64,000 bases of DNA, taken from contig CAISZI010000046.1 of NCBI GenBank assembly GCA_903889905.1, positions 64,853 to 128,852 on the forward strand, in the 5' to 3' direction. The notes beneath the pieces are model-generated. The model ran no database searches, had not been told where the DNA came from, and worked only from the letters and a program-made list of their open reading frames with translations. Of the stretch, positions 50,350 through 59,723 are shown in pieces (within the stretch, counting starts at the first letter, position 1; each line of letters begins with the position of its first letter). The stretch comes from Candidatus Wirthbacteria bacterium. Lineage in GTDB: Bacteria; Patescibacteriota; CG2-30-54-11. A program made the position numbers and the translations under genes.

Positions 50350-50655
50350 TGTTCCAACCCAAACCACGCCACCTTTAAACAAATCCAGAAACTCTCCGCG
50401 TTGCTGAAAATCGTCGGCGACACGAGTCGACTGCAACTGCTCTGTATCCTGAGCCAGGGAACACATTGCGTCTGTGAATTGATACAAAATGCTACTCTCT
50501 CTCAAAGCCTGATCTCTCACCATCTGCACGACCTCAAGGCTGCCGGTCTTGTCACTAGCAGCAGACAAGGGCAAAAAATCTTCTATTCCCTGACCGCCTC
50601 CGGCCAACAAATCACCGCCTCGCTTTTTTCTCTCACTACCAAGGAATATGCATGA
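50329..50655 (+). CDS. ArsR/SmtB-family regulator
   Basis: D..RL.LL..L...HCVCEL....LSQS.ISHHL..LK.AGLV. Confidence 0.92.
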   Translation: MNMRSYNCSNPNHATFKQIQKLSALLKIVGDTSRLQLLCILSQGTHCVCELIQNATLSQSLISHHLHDLKAAGLVTSSRQGQKIFYSLTASGQQITASLFSLTTKEYA

Positions 50656-50891
50656 AAATTGAAGTCTTCGGTTCCGGTTGCGCCAACTGCAGAAAGCTGT
50701 ACGAAATTACCAAGCAGGCTGCTGCCGAGCTTGGGCTCCAAGACGACGTAACCTACGTAACCGATGTCGGTAAAATCGTAGAAATGGGCCTGATGAGCAG
50801 TCCGGTTCTGGCCATCAATGGCAAACCGGTTTTGGTCGGGTCGCTGGCCGGAATCGACAAGATCAAAACCCTGCTGAGCGAGACCCAATAA
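50652..50891 (+). CDS. Small thioredoxin-fold redox-active disulfide protein
   Basis: IEVFGSGCANC, MSSP.L.ING. Confidence 0.9.
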   Translation: MKIEVFGSGCANCRKLYEITKQAAAELGLQDDVTYVTDVGKIVEMGLMSSPVLAINGKPVLVGSLAGIDKIKTLLSETQ

Positions 50892-50892
50892 C

Positions 50893-51861
50893 ATGGACCC
50901 TTTTTATCCGGTACAACTGCTTGCCGATTTTCTGGCTTACCAGGTCATTCACCTGACCAAAGGCAGTGTTTTGGGCGACGCCATCAATTATTTCATCTAC
51001 GACAGCATCAAAATTTTCCTACTGCTGGCGCTCATCATTTTCGTCGTGTCCATCCTCCGTTCCTACCTGCCACCCGAAAAGACCAAAAAATTACTGACTA
51101 ATCGCTTCCAGATCGTCGGCAACTTGCTGGCTGCGTTGCTGGGCATCGTCACGCCGTTTTGTTCGTGTTCGGCTGTGCCGCTGTTCATCGGCCTGGTGGA
51201 ATCAGGCGTACCTCTCGGCGTCACCTTTTCCTACCTCATCGCCGCACCCATGATCAATGAAGTGGCGGCCGTGTTATTGTTGGGCCTGTTTGGCCCCTCG
51301 GTCGCCCTCTTGTATATTGCTTGGGGTGTGATCATTGCCGTCGTGGTTGGATTTGTGCTGGGCCGGATGAAACTGGAACACCTCGTCGAGGATTACGTCT
51401 GGAAGATCAAGGTACAAAACGCCAACATTTCCATCAAAAACACTTTCTCTGACCGGCTCCGGGAATCGTACCACTACACGGCCGCTCTGGTTCAAAAAGT
51501 TTTCCCCTATGTTCTGATTGGTGTTGCTGTTGGTGCCTTGGTCCACGGCTATGCCCCGGAGAATTTCCTGGCCCGCATTGCCGGAAAAAACAATCCATTT
51601 GCCGTACTGGCTGCTGTGGTCATCGGTGTGCCGCTCTATTCCAATGCTGCCGGCACCATCCCGATTGTGACTTCCCTGATCGGCAAAGGCCTGCCTATTG
51701 GCACGGCGCTTGCCTTCATGATGTCAGTCACGGCGCTTTCATTTCCGGAAATGATCATTCTGCGCAAAGTCCTCAAGCCAAAACTACTGATTATTTATAT
51801 CACCGTCCTGACGCTGGGGATCGTTTTTACGGGGTATCTGTTCAATCTCGTGATACGATAA
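50893..51861 (+). CDS. ArsP/DUF318-family permease
   Basis: TPFCSCSAVP, APMINEV, GVPLYSNAAG, ALSFPEM. Confidence 0.9.
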   Translation: MDPFYPVQLLADFLAYQVIHLTKGSVLGDAINYFIYDSIKIFLLLALIIFVVSILRSYLPPEKTKKLLTNRFQIVGNLLAALLGIVTPFCSCSAVPLFIGLVESGVPLGVTFSYLIAAPMINEVAAVLLLGLFGPSVALLYIAWGVIIAVVVGFVLGRMKLEHLVEDYVWKIKVQNANISIKNTFSDRLRESYHYTAALVQKVFPYVLIGVAVGALVHGYAPENFLARIAGKNNPFAVLAAVVIGVPLYSNAAGTIPIVTSLIGKGLPIGTALAFMMSVTALSFPEMIILRKVLKPKLLIIYITVLTLGIVFTGYLFNLVIR

Positions 51862-51864
51862 TTT

Positions 51865-52063
51865 TTTGCTCCGTCGCCGATGTTCTGCGCCAGTCTGGAG
51901 CGGTTAAATCGACAAATCCGCCTTCGACACCGTCGTAATCGATTCGAGGCATCGCCATGCCCAAGCATCCCGATCTGCGGACAAATTACTCCCTATTTAC
52001 TTTGGCATCACAACAATTGGCATCATGATCATGGGTTTTGTCTTCAACGCTATCCCAAGGTAA
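51865..52063. pseudogene. Chimeric remnant copy 1 (glutaredoxin-like C-terminus on minus, permease C-terminus on plus)
   Basis: Minus: FVRRSGCLG...RLAQNIG (frameshifted); plus: KLLPIYFGITTIGIMIMGFVFNAIPR*. Confidence 0.5.
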
Positions 52064-52188
52064 ACATCCAAAGTTTGGCCCATGAACATCAATGAATGGC
52101 ATTTTTCCGCCATTCTTTTTTTATACTGATGATTTAAACTGACAGGCTTAGGTAATAGAAAGAAGTATTAACTCTATGGTAAAATGAC

Positions 52189-52848
52189 ATGATAATTACT
52201 TTCACCAAGGACAAATCCATGCCCGAAATCCTGGCAGTCATCGATAAACGACTCCCCAAACAATGGCGGCAATGGAGCATTTTGGGACTACACAAAAGGA
52301 AACCCTTTAAGCATATTTGGCGTTTTCGCAACCTGATTCTGGCCGCGCTGAGCATTTATGTCGCTCTGATGGTGACCGAAATGGCATGGTTTCAATCCTT
52401 TATGAATCTGATCAAAAGCCTGAAACTATTTGGCGTATTCCTAGGCGGGATGTTTTTTGCCTCCAGTTTCACCGTTACCACAGGCATCATCATCCTGGTT
52501 GCTTTGTCCCCATCGTATCCGCTATGGGCGTTGGCGACAGTCGCTGGACTCGGGGCGTCATTTTCGGATCTGACCATTTTTGAACTGGTCAGAAGCGGCA
52601 TCTCCAACGAGATCAAAGACCTTTTTGCCATCTTCGACAAAAAACTCAAAATCAGCCGGCATTTTGATAAAAAGCTGGTAAGGCGAGCCATCCCACTACT
52701 CGGTGCCGCCATTATCGCCTCGCCGCTGCCGGATGAACTAGGTGTCGGTTTGATGGGACTTTCTACGATTCCGACCTACCTGTTTGTCATTTTATCCATG
52801 GTACTCAATACCATTGGCATTTTCACTCTGATCGCCATGATTCGTTGA
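52189..52848 (+). CDS. Hypothetical membrane protein
   Basis: Several TM helices; G.FFASSFT, GA..SD, IIASPLPDELG. Confidence 0.75.
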   Translation: MIITFTKDKSMPEILAVIDKRLPKQWRQWSILGLHKRKPFKHIWRFRNLILAALSIYVALMVTEMAWFQSFMNLIKSLKLFGVFLGGMFFASSFTVTTGIIILVALSPSYPLWALATVAGLGASFSDLTIFELVRSGISNEIKDLFAIFDKKLKISRHFDKKLVRRAIPLLGAAIIASPLPDELGVGLMGLSTIPTYLFVILSMVLNTIGIFTLIAMIR

Positions 52849-52854
52849 TTTAGC

Positions 52855-53057
52855 TAGGCTGTAACTCCGATCATCTGTGCCAATCGAGCCAGGTCAAAAC
52901 CGACCCAAAACCCACTTTCGCTTCCATTATAAACAATCTCAGTCACAGGTACACCCAAACATCCCGATCTACGAATAAACTTCTGGACACTTTCTTTGGC
53001 ATCACCACTATTGGTATCATGATCATGGGTTATGTGTTCAATGCGCTACCGCGATAG
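52855..53057. pseudogene. Chimeric remnant copy 2
   Basis: Minus: FIRRSGCLGVPVTEI...VGFDLARLAQMIG*; plus: KLLDTFFGITTIGIMIMGYVFNALPR*. Confidence 0.55.
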
Positions 53058-53127
53058 ACGAATTATGCAAACCACATCCGTCAATCTATAATCCAACTGC
53101 TTGCTTCAAGCTTCAATAAGGGCATCC

Positions 53128-53871
53128 ATGGACATTACTCTGCTTTGTGAAAACAGCTCCAGTGACATCGGGGTTTGGGCAAAGTGAGGTTTGTCGCTAT
53201 GGATCCAAAAACAAAATACGAAAATTCTATTTGACTCCGGATTCTCTGACGTATTTACTCGCAACGCCGAGAAACTAAATATTGACCTCAATCAAACCGA
53301 TTACATCGTTCTCTCCCACCATCACGACGACCATGCGTCGGGTTTGCAAAACCATCCTTTCACGAGCTCCAAACCGCTTATTGTTCATCCTCAAATTCTT
53401 CCCAAACTCGCTCCTTCACATGCCCACAAACTGCAGACCGATTTTCACATTACCCAGTCCAAAGATCCCCTGGAATTCAGCCCTGACATATACTATCTTG
53501 GCCAGATTCCCCGCGTCACAGCATTTGAAAAAGGGGTTTACAAATCAGATGACATGCTCGACGATTCCGCCCTGGCAATCAAAACTCCTCAAGGTACGGT
53601 TGTCATCTCCGGCTGTTCCCACGCCGGCATCTGCAATATCTGCGAATACGCCAAACAAGTGACCGGCCAAAATCTTTACGCTGTGCTCGGCGGTTTTCAC
53701 TTATTTGCCACCGACAAATCAACCGTGGAAGCCACAATCCTCTATTTTCAACAACAAAAGCCAGCCTACCTCTATCCCATGCATTGCGTGGATTTTTCGA
53801 CGCTGACAAGGTTTTACAAAACCTTCGGCATCCGCAAGCTGATGAGCGGGGAAACCATCAAGATCAACTGA
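53128..53871 (+). pseudogene. MBL-fold metallo-hydrolase with in-frame TGA at codon 20
   Basis: MDITLLCEN...WAK*GLSLWI...LFDSG...SHHHDDH...GCSHAG...GGFH...HC. Confidence 0.75.
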
Positions 53872-53956
53872 TCATCTGACTAGTCTTGGTCTTTCAAACC
53901 CGCCCGCAAACTCGCTTCCGGCACTGCCACGATAAATCATCAACTCAAGGCCACCC

Positions 53957-54574
53957 ATGAAAACCGACTTCAAAAAAGACCTCAAACACCTCTACAACCC
54001 TTCGGCCAAAACAGTTTCAGAAGTGGTAGTCCCGGCCATAAACTTCCTCATGATCGACGGCCAGGGCAGCCCCGGCGAGTGCCAGGCCTACACCGACGCC
54101 ATCCAGACCATTTTCCCGGTGGCTTATGCCCTCAAGTTCGCCATCAGGAAATCCGCCGGCTTTGACTTCGGCGTCCTGCCGCTGGAGGGCCTGTGGTGGG
54201 CTGACGATATGAACGATTTCGTAAACGGCAACCGCGACAACTGGCTCTGGACGATCATGATCATGCAGCCAGACGTGGTGACCAAAGAACTCTTTATCCA
54301 AACGCTGGCAGAAGTGAAGACCAAAAAGAAACTGGCCGCCGTGGACAGAATCCGTTTCGAATCCTACAGCGAAGTCCGCTCCGCTCAGCTCATGCACCTC
54401 GGCCCCTTTGCTGCCGAAGGCCCCAACATTGCCAGAATCCACCAGTTCATCCAGGACCAAGGTGGTAAACCTAGTGGCAAGCACCACGAAATTTACCTCT
54501 CCGACATCCGTAAAGTGGCGCCGGAAAAGATGAAAACAGTCCTCAGACAGCCGTTTACTGGAAACAAAAAATAG
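53957..54574 (+). CDS. GyrI-like small-molecule-binding domain protein
   Basis: D.KK..K.LY.P, PLEGLWW, Q.MHLGPF..E, GKHHEIYLSD. Confidence 0.88.
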   Translation: MKTDFKKDLKHLYNPSAKTVSEVVVPAINFLMIDGQGSPGECQAYTDAIQTIFPVAYALKFAIRKSAGFDFGVLPLEGLWWADDMNDFVNGNRDNWLWTIMIMQPDVVTKELFIQTLAEVKTKKKLAAVDRIRFESYSEVRSAQLMHLGPFAAEGPNIARIHQFIQDQGGKPSGKHHEIYLSDIRKVAPEKMKTVLRQPFTGNKK

Positions 54575-54584
54575 AAAACAAAAG

Positions 54585-55811
54585 CTAATTTCCCCAGATC
54601 GCATCCAGAATCTTGATCTTGATCGCCCGCCAGGTGGGAATGGCCGAGGAGATCACGGCGATGGTAAACAAGACGCCAAATACCTGCACGAGGTAAGAGC
54701 CATTGACCTCTAAAAAGACGATGCCAAAAGGAAATTTGAACGGATGCAGTCGCTCCCAGGGAACCAGGACGAACAAATAAGCAACCAACCCGAACAAATT
54801 GCCGATCACGGCATAAACAATGCCACGAATAACATAATTGACCACAAGCGTTGCCGACGAGATGCCAATCGCCCGCTGGATACCAATTTGTTTGCGTTTG
54901 TTATTGAGGTCAACAAAGGTCACAATATAAATTGTGATTGAGCCCACAATCAGGGCAATCAACTGCAACAGTATGATTACCACGTCAAAAGTCTTGGTGA
55001 CGCTGCGCAGGACACCGGCCTGATTTTGCCATTTGTCGACCACCACGCCCAGATTGAGGGAATTAAAACTGGCCATCACCTGATCTTCGCTATAGCCCTT
55101 TTTCAGTTTGACGTTGATGATCGATGTTTGTGCGGCGGCAGTGGGATTGATCCGCGCATAATCCTCACGCGAGATAAACGACCGGGTATCACCCTGCGAA
55201 AAATCAGAATCAAAAATCCCCTTGACCGTAAATTCCGCCGCCTTGCCGTTGTTGAAACTCACCGTGACTTTGTCCCCCACCTGCACTGTCCTGAGCGATG
55301 TGGCATAGAAGTCCAGATTGGCATTGTTGTCGCCTGCCACCTGCACGCCAAGCACGATTTTGTTCTGGTCGTCAGCTGCCAAAAAACTGCCCTGTTTCAT
55401 GTATTTCTGGATTTCAAAAACCTGTGTATATTCCGCCGGTTCCACCACTTGTGTGCCATAGGTGGTGCTATTGCCATCGGCGCTGATCTGGACTGCGATT
55501 TTTTGCTGTGCGGTAACGCTGTCGACTCCGTCAGTTGCCCGCGCGGCGGCTTCGATCGTGTCCACATCAGCAAACACTGCCTGTGACTTGGGTGGCGCAA
55601 TCGTCACGTTGGAAGTCATCAGCGTCACGAGTTTGCCATTCACGGTATTGATCAAACCCCGCAGTAGCGCCCGTGGCAGCACGAGGTTAAGAAAAACCAG
55701 CAGCAACATACTCACGGTGAGAATCTGGATGGTTTTATTGCCCCGTCGAATGCCGCGAAAAGCCAGAAACAAACCGGTTTTCAAGGAATGGATCCAATTA
55801 GAGATACGCAT
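54585..55811 (-). CDS. FtsX/LolE-like ABC permease
   Basis: N-terminal TM, periplasmic domain, K.KQIGI.RAIG, C-terminal IP..RA....ILDAIW; start placed at MRISNW. Confidence 0.88.
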   Translation of the reverse strand: MRISNWIHSLKTGLFLAFRGIRRGNKTIQILTVSMLLLVFLNLVLPRALLRGLINTVNGKLVTLMTSNVTIAPPKSQAVFADVDTIEAAARATDGVDSVTAQQKIAVQISADGNSTTYGTQVVEPAEYTQVFEIQKYMKQGSFLAADDQNKIVLGVQVAGDNNANLDFYATSLRTVQVGDKVTVSFNNGKAAEFTVKGIFDSDFSQGDTRSFISREDYARINPTAAAQTSIINVKLKKGYSEDQVMASFNSLNLGVVVDKWQNQAGVLRSVTKTFDVVIILLQLIALIVGSITIYIVTFVDLNNKRKQIGIQRAIGISSATLVVNYVIRGIVYAVIGNLFGLVAYLFVLVPWERLHPFKFPFGIVFLEVNGSYLVQVFGVLFTIAVISSAIPTWRAIKIKILDAIWGN

Positions 55812-56472
55812 TGGTGACCTCGCCGTCTTTGAGAAAAACATGTTCGGTGGCGTACTGCTTGTCATCCGGGTCGTGCGAGACAAACAACACAGTCACACCC
55901 AGTTCACGATTCAAACGGACCAGTGTCTCCATCACCGTACGCGAAGACAACGTGTCCAAATTGGCGGTCGGTTCGTCGGCAAAGATATATTTGGGTTGAT
56001 TAATGAGCGCCCGCGCAATCGCCACCCGCTGCTGTTCACCGCCCGACAGTTCCCGCGGCAGATGCGTCTTGCGGTCACCCAGGCCGACCACCTCCAGCAA
56101 CTCCCCGGCGCGCTCACGAAAATCCGCCCCATTTTTCCCGAGCATCATGCCCGGAAGATAAACATTTTCTTCAGCCGTGAGCTCCGTGAGCAGCGCGTAT
56201 TCCTGAAAGACGTACCCCAGCAGCGACAGGCGAAAACGACCGCGTTTGGCATCGTCCAGTTTTTGCACAGGTTTCCCATCAATCAGGATTTCTCCGCTCG
56301 TCGGATAATCCAGCAACCCCAGCTGCCGCAGCAGCGTTGATTTACCGGAGCCGCTTTTGCCCATGATGCTGGTGACAGTTTTGTCACGAATCACGAGATT
56401 GATCCCCCGCAGGGCGTTGACCTTGATTTTGCCAAGATTGTAAATACGACTGAGGTTTTTAACTTCGATCAT
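55798..56472 (-). CDS. LolD-type ABC ATP-binding protein
   Basis: [27 protein letters not shown]. Confidence 0.95.
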   Translation of the reverse strand: MIEVKNLSRIYNLGKIKVNALRGINLVIRDKTVTSIMGKSGSGKSTLLRQLGLLDYPTSGEILIDGKPVQKLDDAKRGRFRLSLLGYVFQEYALLTELTAEENVYLPGMMLGKNGADFRERAGELLEVVGLGDRKTHLPRELSGGEQQRVAIARALINQPKYIFADEPTANLDTLSSRTVMETLVRLNRELGVTVLFVSHDPDDKQYATEHVFLKDGEVTNAYL

Positions 56473-56574
56473 TGGTTTTATCCTGACAAACGAATTCTGC
56501 CCCACAGAATACCCACAAACAAGCGCGATTACAATTGTTGTCTAGCCAATTTATGCATCGCGCACAGACACTAG

Positions 56575-56835
56575 TCAGACGTCGACAAATTGCGCCAACT
56601 GGTTGGCCATAGCACCAACCTGCTCATTTTTGAGTTCGTATATGATGACCTTGCCCACGCGTGTAGTGTTCACCAGCCCGACCGTTTTCAACCTGGCCAA
56701 ATGCTGGGAAACAGCCGACTGCGACAGGCTGCAATTCTCGATCAGCTGCGTCACGTTCTTGGCGCCGCGGCTGAGGCAACAGAGCAGTTTGAGGCGGATG
56801 GGATTGGCGAGAGTTGACAACAGTTGCTTGTTCAT
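56575..56835 (-). CDS. ArsR-family regulator
   Basis: LANPIRLKLL, LSQSAVSQHL..LK..GLV. Confidence 0.9.
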   Translation of the reverse strand: MNKQLLSTLANPIRLKLLCCLSRGAKNVTQLIENCSLSQSAVSQHLARLKTVGLVNTTRVGKVIIYELKNEQVGAMANQLAQFVDV

Positions 56836-56841
56836 GTCATC

Positions 56842-56861
56842 ATATTAGCAGTTGCTAATAT
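56842..56861. promoter_or_regulatory. Putative ArsR operator in divergent promoter
   Basis: ATATTAGCA-GT-TGCTAATAT inverted repeat. Confidence 0.65.
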
Positions 56862-56889
56862 ATTTATCAAGTCATAACTGGAGTCAATC

Positions 56890-57078
56890 GTGAAAGCTAA
56901 TGTTGGCGGCATCGACCGCGCCATCCGTATTCTTCTCGGTATTGCACTGATCGGTGTCGGTATTTACGCCAAGCTCTTGATTTTGGACGTACTTGGCGTC
57001 GTTGCTCTCGGCACCGGACTGATGAGTCATTGCCTGCTTTATCGACTTTTTGGCTTCTCTACAGCTGGCAAGAAATAA
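56890..57078 (+). CDS. DUF2892/YgaP-like small membrane protein
   Basis: NVG.IDR.IRI.LG...TGL...C.LY.LFG.ST. Confidence 0.88.
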   Translation: MKANVGGIDRAIRILLGIALIGVGIYAKLLILDVLGVVALGTGLMSHCLLYRLFGFSTAGKK

Positions 57079-57080
57079 CC

Positions 57081-57266
57081 ATGGCCATCCAAGTCAACCA
57101 AGCACGTTGCCCCCAAAACCATCCCTGCCCCGCCATGCGCCATTGCCCGGTCAATGCCATTGTGCAGCAGGGCAATAAAGCGCCCACGATCAATCAGGAT
57201 CTGTGCATTAAATGCGGCAAATGTATCCAGGTCTGCCCCATGGGGGCGTTTTACCAGACAGCCTAA
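57081..57266 (+). CDS. Small 4Fe-4S ferredoxin
   Basis: CPQNHPCP....CP..AI, CIKCGKCIQVCP. Confidence 0.9.
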   Translation: MAIQVNQARCPQNHPCPAMRHCPVNAIVQQGNKAPTINQDLCIKCGKCIQVCPMGAFYQTA

Positions 57267-57289
57267 CAAACCGTTGCTGAAGATTGGGT

Positions 57290-57664
57290 TCAGTCCCACA
57301 ACTTCAACAACCTGCCCAGCCAACCGAGCAGAACAAAAAAGAAAACATAATAACCAACCGCCGCCACAATCGTAGCCAGCAATACTTGGTTGATGATCTC
57401 ATTGCGGTGCCGCCGCGCCTGATCCAGCGTACAAATGCCCCGGCGACGAAAGTACACGACCAGACCAACCGCCAGCAATCCAACCCCTGCCAGATCAAAC
57501 AGCCAGCGATATTGCCCGTCCAACACATTGGTAAGTGACACAGCAAAAGACACGGTCGACAAGCCAAGCGCCACCAGCACAATCGGCGCCAGACAGCACA
57601 AGGACGCGACAAAAACAGGGAGACCAGCCAGCTGGATAAGTTTTTGAATTTTATGCAATTGCAT
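57290..57664 (-). CDS. MerT-like metal transporter
   Basis: ASLCCLAPIVLVALG in TM1, three TMs, RRRGIC; start uncertain (57664 or 57715). Confidence 0.7.
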   Translation of the reverse strand: MQLHKIQKLIQLAGLPVFVASLCCLAPIVLVALGLSTVSFAVSLTNVLDGQYRWLFDLAGVGLLAVGLVVYFRRRGICTLDQARRHRNEIINQVLLATIVAAVGYYVFFFVLLGWLGRLLKLWD

Positions 57665-57704
57665 CACCTTCGCTACAAATACTCCAATCGCAACTCCCTT
57701 TTCT

Positions 57705-58295
57705 CTACCGGTCATTCAATCCCTTGCCCTTAAGAACCAGTGGCACATATTTTTCAATTCTTGCCACCCTGGTTTTGGCTTGTTTGGGAGCAGCGAAAAA
57801 GAGCAGATAGGCTCTTTGCCGCCCTGGTGTCAGGGCTTCAAACGCCTCTTGCAGGCCAGGTGTTTGCTCGAACTGATTGGTCAATTCTTCCGGTGTACTG
57901 AATTCTTCTGTCTTTTTGAGAGGCACTTTCAACCCGGCCTTTTCAACGGCAATGGCGTTCTCTATATATTTTTTCAAAATTAGCTCCAGCTCCACGATTT
58001 CCTGCGCACTGGTAAACCGGATCTGGCGTCCCGCCTGCACATTTTCCGTTTGCTGGATCAAGATGCCCTTCGGATCGTCCATCAGCACGCCTTTGACAAA
58101 CAACATCGCGCAATATTCCTTGAAACCATGGATGATGATGACGTTTTTACCCTCGATTGTGTAACAGGGTTGCCCCCATTTCAAGTCTTCGGTCAGTCCA
58201 GAGTCGAGGAGGATGGTTCTCAATTTAGATAATTCTTCCTGCCACTTTTTTGTTTTGCTCAAAAAGCCATCTACCTTGGGATTGGAATTATTCAT
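57705..58295 (-). CDS. YdeI/OmpD-associated family protein (DUF1801)
   Basis: LKWGQPCY, FKEYCA.LF.KG, LTPGRQRAYL..F..PKQ.KTR..RIEK. Confidence 0.92.
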   Translation of the reverse strand: MNNSNPKVDGFLSKTKKWQEELSKLRTILLDSGLTEDLKWGQPCYTIEGKNVIIIHGFKEYCAMLFVKGVLMDDPKGILIQQTENVQAGRQIRFTSAQEIVELELILKKYIENAIAVEKAGLKVPLKKTEEFSTPEELTNQFEQTPGLQEAFEALTPGRQRAYLLFFAAPKQAKTRVARIEKYVPLVLKGKGLNDR

Positions 58296-58395
58296 TGACT
58301 GAGCCTCCTAAAATAGTGAACGCAACACAGCCCGTGTCAGTATAAGTACTTGCGCAAGGATTATAGCACCCGAGCAATAAAAAATGCAGCCAGAG

Positions 58396-59592
58396 TTAGA
58401 TACTCAATCTCTCCAATACGGTCCGGACAAGGACCTCTCTGTCCTGCAAATGCAAAACGAGGTGGTCGTTACTCAATTGCACTGAGAACAAACCGGGATC
58501 GGTAAGGTACATCACCCAAACCAAATCCCATGGGCACATGTCGGCCCCACGAACCATTTTGTTTTCCTGATTCCACAACGGCAAATCCTTGCCAATAAAT
58601 TGAGTCATCGGCGTACGAATACTAGAAATTGCTGCTATTGTCCCATCACTAAGCCCGACTTTGAATACCTCTGTACCCATGGCGATTTGGTTGGCGCCCA
58701 TTTCATAGAGAGCAATGGCCGCATTATAATCCTGCAGTGCGTTAAACGAATACAAAAACCACCTGTCTTGATTGAGGTACGGACCTGACCGCACCACCAG
58801 GAAATCCCCGACTTTTTGTTTGAGCTCCGGATATTTACTGAATACTGCCGCAAAGTCAGTGACCGGTCCAAGCGCCACCAAGGTGACCCTCTGGTCACTG
58901 TTGCGAAGGGTCTTGGCAATATACTCAACCGCTTGTGAATTCTTCTGGCCAGCATATGACGCACCCTTGACCACAGGAATAGGGAGACCACTCAGGGCGA
59001 CCTGTTTCAGAGTAACCCGATAGGCTGTCTCTCCATCGATATTGCCAAACGTGGAGGTAATGCCAAGGATACTGAGTTGTCCGGCCTTTTCTGCCTGCAA
59101 CAGGACGGCCAATGCCAGACCGTCATCCTGTTCCGGCGCAATGAATGAAAATAGCCGGGCCGTTGTGGCATTGTCAGTGGAGATCAGGATCGGTTGTTTC
59201 GCAATGTTGGAGATGTCCGTGTTGATAACCGGTTGCCGAATATGAAGCCACGGATTAGAACGAGGATCTATCCATGCATTGAAAACCACAAACAAAACGA
59301 AAACAACGCATTCAATACCAATCAATCGACCAACAAAATGATTCTTTTTCTTTCGCTGCAACGCTATGATCAGCAATAAAAGGCCTGTCCCTGATATCAA
59401 CAAGGCATAATAAACTATCGCAAAGACAATACGCGCAGGCAACGAGTAAACTGCAAATATTTGACTGGTATTACCCAAGAAATTCAAAATCGTCCAAACA
59501 TGAAGAACCTGACAGACTTCCTTTAGACAGAATATGACAAAAAAGAGTAGAAAAAGACTAACAATCAACCACTTCAAAATTCTTCTTATCAT
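58396..59592 (-). CDS. Nucleoside hydrolase-like protein with N-terminal transmembrane segments
   Basis: Three N-terminal hydrophobic helices; STD...QDDGLAL, ITSTFGN, LGPVT, FN..QD..AA, PWD. Confidence 0.75.
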   Translation of the reverse strand: MIRRILKWLIVSLFLLFFVIFCLKEVCQVLHVWTILNFLGNTSQIFAVYSLPARIVFAIVYYALLISGTGLLLLIIALQRKKKNHFVGRLIGIECVVFVLFVVFNAWIDPRSNPWLHIRQPVINTDISNIAKQPILISTDNATTARLFSFIAPEQDDGLALAVLLQAEKAGQLSILGITSTFGNIDGETAYRVTLKQVALSGLPIPVVKGASYAGQKNSQAVEYIAKTLRNSDQRVTLVALGPVTDFAAVFSKYPELKQKVGDFLVVRSGPYLNQDRWFLYSFNALQDYNAAIALYEMGANQIAMGTEVFKVGLSDGTIAAISSIRTPMTQFIGKDLPLWNQENKMVRGADMCPWDLVWVMYLTDPGLFSVQLSNDHLVLHLQDREVLVRTVLERLSI

Positions 59593-59723
59593 GATGCCTT
59601 AGTTATTAAAAAGGGCGAAAGAAATGGAATCATGACGACAGACTACACAACTTTGCAATTCACAAGTGCTCTATTTGTCAGCGCCCTGACATATTTAATA
59701 CTAATTCTGTCAATCAATTCATT

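Noticed and set aside
53185-53187. Genome-wide UGA recoding (code 4/25) or selenocysteine
   Set aside because: Many genes here end properly at TGA (ATGA overlaps), the other interrupted gene has TAA, and the position is not a Cys site.
59709-59719. GTCAATCAATT matching the arm of the 46-bp palindrome
   Set aside because: Only 11 bp in AT-rich DNA, with no second arm or att-like site nearby.
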